The notes under the pieces: generated by a model
What the model was told of the DNA's origin: nothing
The model's input: only the letters and a program-made list of their open reading frames with translations
Database searches by the model: none
Translations under genes and position numbers: made by a program
Source of the DNA: a virus
Lineage: Duplodnaviria > Caudoviricetes
Virus record (IMG/VR): IMGVR_UViG_3300034356_002097
Coordinates: 1-36,783 of that record
Direction: 5' to 3' (one strand)
Length of the DNA stretch: 36,783 bases
Part shown: in pieces, positions 1 to 9,188 of the stretch
Position numbering within the stretch: the stretch's first letter is position 1
How the letters are laid out: the number at the start of each line of letters is the position of its first letter

Positions 1-114
1 GTGCGCCAGATGGCTCAACGTGAGCCAATGTGTGTACTATACACACCTAATTTTGTATTGTCAACAGTTTTTTGCAAAATAATCTAATCATATTATGGTC
101 GTCGCCAAAACACG
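1..114. repeat. Exact 114-bp terminal direct repeat (left copy); circular assembly overlap
   Basis: 1-114 is identical to 36670-36783. Confidence 0.95.
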
Positions 115-367
115 CCAGAGCATTGCCGACGCGCCGCCTAGTGTCGGCGCTGTCGCACTCGATCCAAGCACCAAAACCTGTGTGCATAGCCTCAAAGCTG
201 CGTCCATCTAGGATCTCGCCAGATTTGCCGCGGAGCAAAACGCCGGCCCCGTAATTGCTCGCGCCGTGCTGAGTGGTGAGGCGCAGTGTTTCGGGGTTTG
301 TTTGGCGCAGGCCTAACGCGTTAATTGCCTCAATACCCGCGGGCGGGAAATAAAGTTTTATTTTCAT
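47..367 (-). CDS. Small early hypothetical protein (MKIKLYFPP...)
   Basis: ATG at 367 inside ORF 47..625; LTTQHGASNYGAGVL resembles a motif I recall in small phage proteins; 3' end runs into the promoter cassette at 36-64. Confidence 0.55.
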   Translation of the reverse strand: MKIKLYFPPAGIEAINALGLRQTNPETLRLTTQHGASNYGAGVLLRGKSGEILDGRSFEAMHTGFGAWIECDSADTRRRVGNALACFGDDHNMIRLFCKKLLTIQN

Positions 368-379
368 TCGATAAATATG

Positions 380-399
380 GGGGCCGCTTCCGCGGCCCC
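380..399 (-). terminator. GC hairpin with GGAA (GNRA) loop between early genes; weak or bidirectional terminator
   Basis: ggggccgc-ttcc-gcggcccc; T run follows on +, only atattt on -. Confidence 0.45.
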
Positions 400-410
400 G
401 GCCTTTTTTG

Positions 411-701
411 TTAATCTTTGACCAAGTCGCCATAGGCGTGCGAGTATGTATTGCCGTTGCGGTCAATAACCGTTGGCGCGTACCCTTGCCGCACCAGTTT
501 TTTAACCGCGCCCAAAGCGCCGCCGAATGTATTGTGACGGGTTGGCGTGGCGTTAAAGTAGGCTGGCAGAACAACAACATACTGAGTGGGCTTGCGGAGC
601 AGCACGCACCGGCCATATTGGTCACTTGCCAAATCGTGAGCGCTGCCCGTGCCGCTCATTTTGCGCGTGATGATAAGTTGGTTGTTTTGGACGTTAAGCA
701 T
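411..701 (-). CDS. Early hypothetical protein (MLNVQNN...)
   Basis: AGGAG RBS before ATG at 701, downstream of a consensus promoter. Confidence 0.7.
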   Translation of the reverse strand: MLNVQNNQLIITRKMSGTGSAHDLASDQYGRCVLLRKPTQYVVVLPAYFNATPTRHNTFGGALGAVKKLVRQGYAPTVIDRNGNTYSHAYGDLVKD

Positions 702-811
702 TTTGATCTCCTGCACCAAGCTCTGCGGTGCGCCAGTTGAGTCACGTTGACCCAATGTGTGTACTATACGCACCCGCTTTTGGTTTGTCAACACCTTTTT
801 GCAAAATAATC
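699..811 (-). promoter_or_regulatory. Promoter-stem-loop-RBS cassette, copy A
   Basis: TTGACA (791-786)-N17-TATAGT (768-763), two hairpins, AGGAG, ATG; imperfect repeat of 36641-36753. Confidence 0.8.
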
Positions 812-1007
812 AAAATATTTTTATGTCTCGCCGATCCGGTGGCGGATCTTGTCAAAACCGCAACACGCGCAAAAAAAATCGAAACTAAAAACGTTTGAGA
901 GTGTTGCGGATATTGACTAATATCCGTGGCATGGTGGTTATAGGACTAAGCAGCCATCGAACGAACGCAGAACACAACCGACGCGACGGAATCGCGGAAC
1001 CGTAAAG

Positions 1008-1316
1008 GTGATGGAAATGGCGGCCACGTCAACCGTATTTAAAAAAGGCGAAAAAAAGCGCGGCCAAGGTCAGCGCGGCCCCGGTAGGGCTACTGTAAAC
1101 GCGAGGGAAGCTATCGCGCGGCTGGTGGACGGCAACGCCGAACGGATGCAGCAGTGGCTGGATGACATCGCAGAGCAGGATGGCCCGTTAATGGCGTGGC
1201 GTTGTATGGCAGACGTTATCGAGTACCACGTACCAAAGCTGTCTCGCTCAGATGTGAACCTAAAGGCTACGGGCGAGTTCAAGCTAACGCTGAATAGTGA
1301 TGACGCAGCATTGTGA
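1008..1316 (+). CDS. terS: Probable terminase small subunit
   Basis: Immediately upstream of and overlapping terL; basic N-terminus, helical C-terminus (EYHVPKLSR); start may be ATG 1017. Confidence 0.65.
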   Translation: MMEMAATSTVFKKGEKKRGQGQRGPGRATVNAREAIARLVDGNAERMQQWLDDIAEQDGPLMAWRCMADVIEYHVPKLSRSDVNLKATGEFKLTLNSDDAAL

Positions 1317-2650
1317 GATTAACGGACAGGCAGCAAGCGGCGCAAAAGGTACTAGCCTCAAGCGCAACGCACGTAATGCTGTTTGGGGGAAGTCGAAGCG
1401 GTAAGACGTTCTTGCTAGTCCGCAATGTAGTGATGCGGGCGATCAAGGCTTCGCGCAGCCGCCATGCAATCTTGAGGTTCCGCTTTAACGCGGTCAAGGC
1501 CTCGATTGTGTTTGATACCTTCCCAAAGGTAATGCAGCTTTGCTTCCCGCAGATCAAGCACGAGCTGAATAAGACGGACTGGTTTGCTCAGTTTGAGAAC
1601 GGCTCGCAGATATGGTTTGGTGGGCTGGATGACAAAGAGCGCACCGAGAAGATTTTGGGCCAAGAGTACGCAACCATCTATCTAAACGAATGCTCACAGA
1701 TTCCGTGGGGATCGGTAGGCATTGCGGTTACTCGTTTGGCGCAGAAGGTTGAACAGACAATAGACGGTGTAACTAAGGTTATGGCGGTTCGCATGTATTA
1801 CGATTGTAACCCGCCGTCTAAGGCTCACTGGTCGTACAAGCTGTTTCACGACAAAGCCGACCCTGAGACCGGGATAAAGAAAAACGACCCGCAGGAGTAC
1901 AACTGGTTCCAGATCAACCCGCAGGACAACGCGGTCAACTTGACTAGCAACTACTTAGACACGCTTAAAAACCTGTCCGCGAGGTTGCAGAAGCGATTTT
2001 TAACGGGTGAGTTTGCAGACGCAACGCCGAACGCGCTATTCCATGACGAAACGATAGACAAGTGGCGCAACATTGACGGCGAACTGCCTGACTTTGTGCG
2101 GGTGGTCATAGCGGTTGACCCTAGCGGCGCAAGTGACACAGACAACGCAGATAACGACGCAATTGGTATTGCTGTGGCTGCGCTCGGTACGGATGGCAAC
2201 GCCTACGTGCTGGAAGATTTGACGGTAAAGGCTGGCCCAGCCACATGGGGCAAGGTTGCAACTGACGCCTACGAACGGCACAAGGCTGATGTGATTGTGG
2301 GTGAAACGAACTACGGCGGCGAGATGGTGCGCTTTACGGTACAAGCAGCAAGGCCGAGAACCCATTTCAAAGCGGTCAATGCCACTAGAGGCAAGGTGGT
2401 ACGAGCTGAACCAATAAGCGCTTTATACGAACAGGGTAAGGTGCGACACGCTGGCATCTTCCGTGAGTTGGAAGATGAGTTGTGCGCCTTCTCAACGAAT
2501 GGCTACACGGGCGAACGCAGCCCTAATCGAGCAGACGCCGTTATTTGGGCGCTTACTGAATTGTTCCCTGGCATTGTTGCTGAGAAACGTAAACCAACAG
2601 ACGAAAGAAAGCCCCGCCCACGAGTTAGTCACGGCTGGCTCGGCGCATAA
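1313..2650 (+). CDS. terL: Terminase large subunit
   Basis: LTDRQ adenine motif, Walker A GGSRSGKT, Walker B-like IYLNE, motif III DCNP, nuclease IAVDPS, NRADA. Confidence 0.93.
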   Translation: MRLTDRQQAAQKVLASSATHVMLFGGSRSGKTFLLVRNVVMRAIKASRSRHAILRFRFNAVKASIVFDTFPKVMQLCFPQIKHELNKTDWFAQFENGSQIWFGGLDDKERTEKILGQEYATIYLNECSQIPWGSVGIAVTRLAQKVEQTIDGVTKVMAVRMYYDCNPPSKAHWSYKLFHDKADPETGIKKNDPQEYNWFQINPQDNAVNLTSNYLDTLKNLSARLQKRFLTGEFADATPNALFHDETIDKWRNIDGELPDFVRVVIAVDPSGASDTDNADNDAIGIAVAALGTDGNAYVLEDLTVKAGPATWGKVATDAYERHKADVIVGETNYGGEMVRFTVQAARPRTHFKAVNATRGKVVRAEPISALYEQGKVRHAGIFRELEDELCAFSTNGYTGERSPNRADAVIWALTELFPGIVAEKRKPTDERKPRPRVSHGWLGA

Positions 2651-2652
2651 AC

Positions 2653-4920
2653 ATGAGTAAAATTACAGACGTTAAAGGCAAATCCAAGGAAGACGACGAC
2701 GCCGCATTCCTAGACGAAGCCCGCAAGCGGTTCAGGTTATGCGAGGCCGGCTGGAAAGATAACCGTCTGGCGGCGCTTGAGGATATGAAATTCCGGGCTG
2801 GCGACCAATGGCCGGAAAAAATCAAAGAGAGCCGCGAGAAATCGGGGCGTCCGTGTCTTGTGGTGGACAAGCTTAACCAATATGTGCGGCAAGTGGTTAA
2901 TGATGGTCGTCAGAATCGCCCGATGGTCAAGGTTAGGCCGATTGATGACTACGCTGACGACGAAGTAGCAGAGGCGTTTCAGGGCATCATTCGGCATATC
3001 TGCGACCGTTCAAACGCTGACGAGGCGTTCGACACTGCGTTAGAACAAGCAGTTGTAGGCGGTTGGGGCTGGTTCCGTGTCGCGACTGACTACGCTCACG
3101 AAAACACGTTCAACCAAGAAATAGAAGTCATCCGCATCCCTAACCAGCTTGCGGTAGTCTGCGATCCGTTCACGCAAAAAGCAGACAAGAGCGACATGCG
3201 CTTTTGCTTCGTCGTTGATGAGATGGCAAAGGATGAGTTCAAAAAACAATATCCCGATGCCAAGTTCACCAATTGGGAATCAGACGGCAAGAACTACGGT
3301 GAGGATGGCTGGTTAACGGCTGAGTCTGTCCGCGTTGCTGAATACTGGCACGTCGTTGAGGAACCAACAAAACTACTCCTGTTGTCCGATGGTACTAGCG
3401 TACCGGAGTCGCAATATCTTGAGGCAGTAGCCGAACAAGTTACCGACCTACCGACTATCGTTGATGAGCGCGAAGTCACCACTAAAAAGGTCAAGTGGTG
3501 TCGTATGTCGGGCGCTGAGAAGCTAGAGGAAATCGAATGGGTTGGTAAGTACGTGCCTTTGGTGTTCGTCGGTGGTAACGAGTACAACGTAGACGGCAAG
3601 GTTATCTACTCCGGCCTGATTCGCTCCGCTAAAGACGCGATGCGCCTGTATAACTTCTCACGGTCCGCCTATGCTGAACGTGTGGCTCTGACGCCTAAGG
3701 CTCCGTGGGTGGCCGATGTTAAGGCTATTGAGGGATATGAAGGCGATTGGACAGACGCCAACGTAGAGAACCAATCTGTTCTACGGTACAACAGCACAGA
3801 CGAAGCCGGGAACCAGCTTCCAATACCACAGCGCAACAATCCTAGCGACATTCCAGCGGGTTTTGCACAGGATATGCAACTGTCTGAGCATGACATTCAG
3901 GCAGCATTGGGGATGTATAACGCATCTCTCGGCGAAAAAAGCAACGAGAAGTCAGGTCGGGCGATTATGGCTCGCCAACGTGAAGGCGATACCGCAACCT
4001 TCCACTTTCAGGACAATCTATCTCGCGCTATTCGCTATCTTGGCCGTATTTTGGTTGACCTGATACCGAAGATTTACGACTCTCGGCGTGTTGTTCGCAT
4101 CTTGGGTGAGGATGGCGAGTCGAAACCCGCTATCGTTGACCCGCAGATTTCAGGCGCAACAGAGAAGCAAGGGAACACTTACATATACAACCTAAACGCG
4201 GGCTTGTATGACGTGTCGGTAGCCGCTGGCCCTAACTACACGACCAAGCGCATGGAAGCAGCGGACGCCATGATGCAACTGGCGCAGGGGAACCCTAACC
4301 TGTTCCCGCTTATAGGCGATGTCATGGTAAGAAACATGGATTGGCCCGGTGCTGATGCCATTGCTGACCGTCTAAAGTTAATGCTACCGCCTGAAATCAA
4401 GCAAGCCGAAGAGAACGACGACGAATCACCAGAAGTTGTGGCTCTAAAGCAGCAAGCACAGCAAATGCTAGACCAAGCCACACAGCAGATTCAAGCCGCA
4501 GAGCAAGGCATTCAAGAACGCGACCAAGCTATTGCACAGCTTCAGCAGGAATTACAGCAAGCCAAGCAGACGAACGACCTGAAAGCGCAAGAGATACAAG
4601 TCAAGGTGTTTGAGGCTGAGACTGAGCGTATGCAAGTCGAGGCATCGTTGATGCAGCCCGTTGAACAAGGCGTACAGCAAGCCGCACGGCCAAGCCAGCC
4701 CGCAGCAATGGTCATGGTTGATGGCAGAGAGGAACTAATGGCCGCCGCTAGTGAGATGCAGTTGGCGAGCGCAAGCATACAAGAAGTCGCCCTGCAAGCC
4801 TCGCAAGTGACCGCACAAAGCGCACAAGCGTTAGCTGAAGCCCTGCAAATGATGGCGCAAGGCCAAGCGATGCTGGCTGAAGCGATTGCTACACCTAAGC
4901 CGTCGCTATTTGAAATGTAA
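2653..4920 (+). CDS. P22-like portal protein
   Basis: 755 aa after terL; F.AGDQW, RPCLVVDKL, EKSGRAIMARQREG motifs; Gln-rich coiled-coil C-terminal barrel. Confidence 0.9.
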   Translation: MSKITDVKGKSKEDDDAAFLDEARKRFRLCEAGWKDNRLAALEDMKFRAGDQWPEKIKESREKSGRPCLVVDKLNQYVRQVVNDGRQNRPMVKVRPIDDYADDEVAEAFQGIIRHICDRSNADEAFDTALEQAVVGGWGWFRVATDYAHENTFNQEIEVIRIPNQLAVVCDPFTQKADKSDMRFCFVVDEMAKDEFKKQYPDAKFTNWESDGKNYGEDGWLTAESVRVAEYWHVVEEPTKLLLLSDGTSVPESQYLEAVAEQVTDLPTIVDEREVTTKKVKWCRMSGAEKLEEIEWVGKYVPLVFVGGNEYNVDGKVIYSGLIRSAKDAMRLYNFSRSAYAERVALTPKAPWVADVKAIEGYEGDWTDANVENQSVLRYNSTDEAGNQLPIPQRNNPSDIPAGFAQDMQLSEHDIQAALGMYNASLGEKSNEKSGRAIMARQREGDTATFHFQDNLSRAIRYLGRILVDLIPKIYDSRRVVRILGEDGESKPAIVDPQISGATEKQGNTYIYNLNAGLYDVSVAAGPNYTTKRMEAADAMMQLAQGNPNLFPLIGDVMVRNMDWPGADAIADRLKLMLPPEIKQAEENDDESPEVVALKQQAQQMLDQATQQIQAAEQGIQERDQAIAQLQQELQQAKQTNDLKAQEIQVKVFEAETERMQVEASLMQPVEQGVQQAARPSQPAAMVMVDGREELMAAASEMQLASASIQEVALQASQVTAQSAQALAEALQMMAQGQAMLAEAIATPKPSLFEM

Positions 4921-4930
4921 AGGACAAAGC

Positions 4931-5239
4931 ATGCCCGGAATTAAGAACACACAATACAACTGCGGCTATCAGCAAATTGCAGCGTCTACCCTCGCAACTT
5001 CAACCGCGCTGACCATCCCAACAGTGCCAGGCAACGGTGAGCAGTCTGCCCGCTACGCCGTGATCCAATGCGAAGGTGGTGAGGTTCGCTGGCGTGATGA
5101 CGGCACAGCACCGACGTCCACGGTCGGATTTTTGTTAGCCCGCTACCCTGACCAACTTGTCTATGATGGCGACCTAACCGCTCTGAGATTTATCCGCACA
5201 TCCGCATCATCGATTCTGAATGTCTCGTATTACTTCTAA
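4931..5239 (+). CDS. Small beta-rich virion-associated hypothetical protein
   Basis: AGGA RBS, ATG 4931; VRWRDDGTAPT..VG motif; head module position. Confidence 0.65.
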   Translation: MPGIKNTQYNCGYQQIAASTLATSTALTIPTVPGNGEQSARYAVIQCEGGEVRWRDDGTAPTSTVGFLLARYPDQLVYDGDLTALRFIRTSASSILNVSYYF

Positions 5240-5287
5240 GCAGTAAAGGCACTAGCGCCCAGCTAGGATTCCTAAAAGGAACTGTAA

Positions 5288-6103
5288 ATGTCTGATGTAT
5301 TTGACGGCGCAATTGCGCCCGTAGAAACGCCGGTAGCTACACCGGAACCCGTAGCGCCAACTCAGGAAACCACGGCGGCTCCTGAAGTTACAGAAACGCC
5401 GGAAGCCCATGAAAAGATGCTATCTCAATCTGAGGTAGACAAGATCGTTCAGAAACGGCTCGCAAAAGAATCTCGACGGTTCGAGCGAGAGGCTAACGAA
5501 CGCGCACAACTGATGGCACGGGCACTTGCTGCCGAACGTCAGTTAGAAGTGACGCAACCAAAGCCACAAGCCGCACCGGATGGGAAACCTAACCTGTCTC
5601 AGTTTCAAGATTACGAAAGCTACACCGAAGCCCTAACCGATTGGAAAACCAATCAAGCTATCGAGAGGCGTTTTGCCAACGAGAATCAAAGACTGCTGCA
5701 GTTTCAAGAACAGCAGTTAAACGCCAAACGTGCTGAAGCATTGCGCCCCAAGATTGATGAGGCCATTAGCAAGTATGACGATTGGGCTGAAGTTGCGACT
5801 ACCTTTGCCATGCCTCAGATGATGGAAGAGGCGGTTTTGGAGTCGCCATTGGTGGCTGAAGTTGCCTATTTCCTCGGGCAAAACCCGAACGAAGTAAACC
5901 GCATCGCAAGGCTGTCACCAGCCGCGCAAGTTCGTGAGATTGCCAAGATTGAGACAAAGTTAAGTGCGCCCGTCACACCAACCAACGCACCACCGCCCAT
6001 TAAACCCAATGGCACAAAGGCAACTGTCAAGACAGACACCTTTAATCTGCCGTGGGATCAGTTTGTTGCTAATCGACGCAAAGAGATGGCGCGGTTTAAG
6101 TAA
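5288..6103 (+). CDS. Capsid scaffolding protein
   Basis: Acidic/Pro-rich N-terminus, coiled coil, FQDYESYTEALTDWK, directly upstream of coat. Confidence 0.8.
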   Translation: MSDVFDGAIAPVETPVATPEPVAPTQETTAAPEVTETPEAHEKMLSQSEVDKIVQKRLAKESRRFEREANERAQLMARALAAERQLEVTQPKPQAAPDGKPNLSQFQDYESYTEALTDWKTNQAIERRFANENQRLLQFQEQQLNAKRAEALRPKIDEAISKYDDWAEVATTFAMPQMMEEAVLESPLVAEVAYFLGQNPNEVNRIARLSPAAQVREIAKIETKLSAPVTPTNAPPPIKPNGTKATVKTDTFNLPWDQFVANRRKEMARFK

Positions 6104-6125
6104 CCTCTAAACCAAAGGAAAAGAA

Positions 6126-7355
6126 ATGAGTAATACATTAAGCACCATTGATATGGTGGCCAAAGAGGCGCTGCGTATCGCGCACGAAAAGGCCACCTTC
6201 GTGGGTACAACTACCCGCAGCTACGACGATTCTTACGCCAAAACAGGCGCAAAGATCGGCGACACACTCCGTTTGCGTAATCCTAACCAGTACACGGTAA
6301 CAACTGCTTCGCGTGTTATGGACGCGCAAGACCAGGAAGAAACCACGCAATCGTTGACCGTTGCGTCTCAGTACCACGTTGACATGCGTTTCAATTCGAC
6401 CGAACTTGCTTTGTCTATCGACGAACTGAGCAAGCGTTACATTGAACCCGCTATGTCTGTCTTGACCTCACGTATTGACGGTGATTGTCTGTTGGCCGCT
6501 ACCCAAGCCACCTACAACGTCGCTGGTACAGCAGGCACGGCAGTCGGCACGGTGACTTCTGGCTTCTCAGACACCTCCGCTATCGGTATTGCCCGCGCTC
6601 GTTTGAATCAGGGCTTGGCTCCGAAAGACGGCAACCGCTTCTTGCAGTTGGATTCCGGCACGATGGCATCCCTGACCAACGGTATCAAGCCACTGTTTAG
6701 CCCACAAGGTACAGTGGAGGAGGCATTCCGCGAGGGTTACATTGGCAAGAATCAGATGGCGACCTTTTACGAGAATGACCGCACCTACACGCATACCACG
6801 GGTTCGGACGTTACCGTTAACACATCGGCCTCGGCTGCAGTGACCAACGGTGGTACAAACATCACGATGAACTCGACGGACGGCAACATTAACAAAGGCG
6901 ACGTATTCACCGTTGCTGGCGTGTTTGCTTGCCACCCTGAGACAAAGCAGTCTCTCGGGTACTTGCAGCAGTTTGTTGCGACCGCCGCGTCTACTGGTGC
7001 TGTTGCTGTTTCGCCGCCTACTTTCTTGTCCGGTGCGAAGCAAAACGTCTGCTCCTCGGCAGGTGCTGTCTTGGCAACTACCGACTTCAACAGCAAGGCA
7101 ATGACCTTCGTAGGGACGGCAAGCACCGCCTACCGTCAAAACCTCATGTACCACAAAGAAGCGTTTGCTTTTGTTACAGCTGATTTGCCGCTGATGGACG
7201 ACGCGATCAAGTGTACCCGCATGAATCAAGACGGTCTCTCGCTGCGTGTGTGGCAAGCCTCGGATATTCGCAACGACGAAATGTTGATGCGTATTGACAT
7301 CTTGTGGGGCTTCCTCGCAATGCGTCCGGCTTGGGCTTCGCGTATCACGAACTAA
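6126..7355 (+). CDS. Major capsid protein, P22 gp5-like
   Basis: AKIGDTLRLRNP N-terminal and RIDILWG..A.RP.W C-terminal motifs; strong RBS. Confidence 0.9.
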   Translation: MSNTLSTIDMVAKEALRIAHEKATFVGTTTRSYDDSYAKTGAKIGDTLRLRNPNQYTVTTASRVMDAQDQEETTQSLTVASQYHVDMRFNSTELALSIDELSKRYIEPAMSVLTSRIDGDCLLAATQATYNVAGTAGTAVGTVTSGFSDTSAIGIARARLNQGLAPKDGNRFLQLDSGTMASLTNGIKPLFSPQGTVEEAFREGYIGKNQMATFYENDRTYTHTTGSDVTVNTSASAAVTNGGTNITMNSTDGNINKGDVFTVAGVFACHPETKQSLGYLQQFVATAASTGAVAVSPPTFLSGAKQNVCSSAGAVLATTDFNSKAMTFVGTASTAYRQNLMYHKEAFAFVTADLPLMDDAIKCTRMNQDGLSLRVWQASDIRNDEMLMRIDILWGFLAMRPAWASRITN

Positions 7356-7357
7356 TC

Positions 7358-7380
7358 ACGGGGGCTTCGGCCCCTGTTTT
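7358..7380 (+). terminator. Intrinsic terminator after coat gene
   Basis: acgggggc-TTCG-gcccctgt followed by ttt; C(UUCG)G tetraloop. Confidence 0.75.
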
Positions 7381-7400
7381 CCACCTTTTAGGAGCAAATC

Positions 7401-7649
7401 ATGGCAATTGCAACATCTTTTGAATCGTTGGGCTATAACAGCCCGGACGGTATGCAAATGGGCATCAGTTCAACCGACAAAATTGCGTTTTTTGGGACAA
7501 CCCCCGTTACGCAACGCGCCGGAGCATCACAAGCAACTTCCGTTATTGGCACGGCATCCACTACCGCCCTGTCAACAGCGCAGATGGCATATCTGATCGA
7601 AATTGGTAACACACTGCAAGCGCTTGGACTTTGGAAAGGCGCGGCTTGA
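7401..7649 (+). CDS. Small virion protein (possible decoration/head fibre)
   Basis: AGGAG RBS; KIAFFGTTPVTQ...L.ALGL pattern; follows coat. Confidence 0.65.
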   Translation: MAIATSFESLGYNSPDGMQMGISSTDKIAFFGTTPVTQRAGASQATSVIGTASTTALSTAQMAYLIEIGNTLQALGLWKGAA

Positions 7650-8308
7650 GGGTTGCTCTATGCAGCCCTACTAGGGATAGACCGAATCCAGCCAATTTAG
7701 CGGCTTGGGAACGGTCTGTTCCTGCTCTTGACGCGGCGGGGTGGGAGCACTCCGCTGTGTGGGAGATTGGTTGCCCTTACATTTCGGGGGCAAGGGCTAC
7801 GGCTCTGGGTAAGTGTTTGAAATGGGGCGCTACGCACGTTGTCTTTATTGATGACGATATGTCGTGGGAACCCGAAGATTTAATTACCATTCTCGAAACA
7901 GAGGGCGACGTTGTAGCGGGGAATTATCGCTACAAAACACACGACGAAGTGCGCTTTATGGGCATACCGTTACTTGGCCCCAATAAACGCCCGATGGTGC
8001 GTGAGGATGGCTGCGTAGACATGCTCGCTGTCCCTGCCGGCTTCCTTCGTGTGTCAAGATTGGCAATTGCTCAGTTTCTTGTGGCATACCCTGAACTGCG
8101 TCTAGGCGATGAGGGGAACGTGGATTTATTCAACCACGGCGCACATAACGGCATTTGGTACGGTGAAGACTTTGCCTTTAGTCGCCGTTGGCATGAGATG
8201 GGTAACACGATTTGGTGTCCGCCCCGCTTGAATCTTGTTCACAACGGATCGAAGGGCGAGACCTACGGCGGCACGTATCACGACTACCTCGTTAACTACA
8301 AACCATGA
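7646..8308 (+). CDS. GT-A fold (GT2-like) glycosyltransferase
   Basis: HVVFIDDD DxD motif, AGFLRVSR, GEDFAFSRR, C-terminal His; TTG start overlapping upstream TGA. Confidence 0.75.
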   Translation: MRVALCSPTRDRPNPANLAAWERSVPALDAAGWEHSAVWEIGCPYISGARATALGKCLKWGATHVVFIDDDMSWEPEDLITILETEGDVVAGNYRYKTHDEVRFMGIPLLGPNKRPMVREDGCVDMLAVPAGFLRVSRLAIAQFLVAYPELRLGDEGNVDLFNHGAHNGIWYGEDFAFSRRWHEMGNTIWCPPRLNLVHNGSKGETYGGTYHDYLVNYKP

Positions 8309-8316
8309 GATAAACA

Positions 8317-8490
8317 ATGATTCTCAGATTGATTCACGAAGAAAACGGGGCAACCCATGTCTACGACTACACGCAGCTTAACTTGCATTTAGAGCGCGAC
8401 TGGAAAGTAGACCCCAATTCGCCTGAGAACGCTTGGTATTTGCCGAAACCCACCCAAGCCCCTAAACGCGGGCGTCCGTTCAAGAAATAA
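8317..8490 (+). CDS. 57-aa hypothetical protein with C-terminal KRGRP (AT-hook-like); missing from ORF track
   Basis: MILRLIHEENG...PKRGRPFKK; fills the gap and its TAA overlaps the next ATG. Confidence 0.65.
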   Translation: MILRLIHEENGATHVYDYTQLNLHLERDWKVDPNSPENAWYLPKPTQAPKRGRPFKK

Positions 8491-9188
8491 TGGCTACTTC
8501 AACCACTCTGATCGACCGTGCGTTACGTCTTTTAGTCCAGACCAACGCCGGCGAAGCGCCCACCACACAAGAGCGCACTGACGCCCTAGAAGCGTTGAAC
8601 GCCATGTTGGATTCTTGGCGCAATGAACGGCTGATGTGCTACGCGACTCGCACGGAAAACTTAACGCTAGTCGCCAATCAGTCAAGCTACACCATTGGCC
8701 CTGCGGGGAATTTGGCCACAACACGGCCAGTCGAAATACTAGACGCATACGTGCTGAACAACGGCTATTCGTATGACGTCCGGATGCTTAACCAGCTCGA
8801 GTACGCGGCCATTTGTGCCAAGGCTTCGTCATCGACATGGCCGGAATTTGCCTACTATCAGCCGTCAATGCCAACTGGCACAATATACGTCTATCCCGTA
8901 CCCACAACTGGCTCTACGCTTGTTCTGCTGACTCGTACACCTGTTTTAGCCTTCGCGCTTGGGGATACCGTGACGCTTCCTCCCGGATGGGAGGATGCGC
9001 TGGCGTACAACCTTGCTATCCGTCTTGCCCCTGAATTTCAGGCGACAGTAACGCCCGATTTAATGCAAATTGCAAAAGAGACAAAAAACAATATCAAGCG
9101 CATGAACTCGCAAGCAATTAAAGCCTACACCGAATTGCCAATTTTAATTGGCGTGTATCGTTCTAACATCATTACCGACGAACCGTGA
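8490..9188 (+). CDS. P22 gp4-like head-tail adaptor
   Basis: LIDRALRLL..GE.PT..E..DALEALNAMLDSW; AL.YNLAIRLAPEF. Confidence 0.8.
   Translation: MATSTTLIDRALRLLVQTNAGEAPTTQERTDALEALNAMLDSWRNERLMCYATRTENLTLVANQSSYTIGPAGNLATTRPVEILDAYVLNNGYSYDVRMLNQLEYAAICAKASSSTWPEFAYYQPSMPTGTIYVYPVPTTGSTLVLLTRTPVLAFALGDTVTLPPGWEDALAYNLAIRLAPEFQATVTPDLMQIAKETKNNIKRMNSQAIKAYTELPILIGVYRSNIITDEP

Noticed and set aside
1-114. Biological terminal repeat
   Set aside because: The exact overlap cuts through a gene and a promoter cassette; most simply an assembler circularisation overlap. Read termini would be needed to say otherwise.
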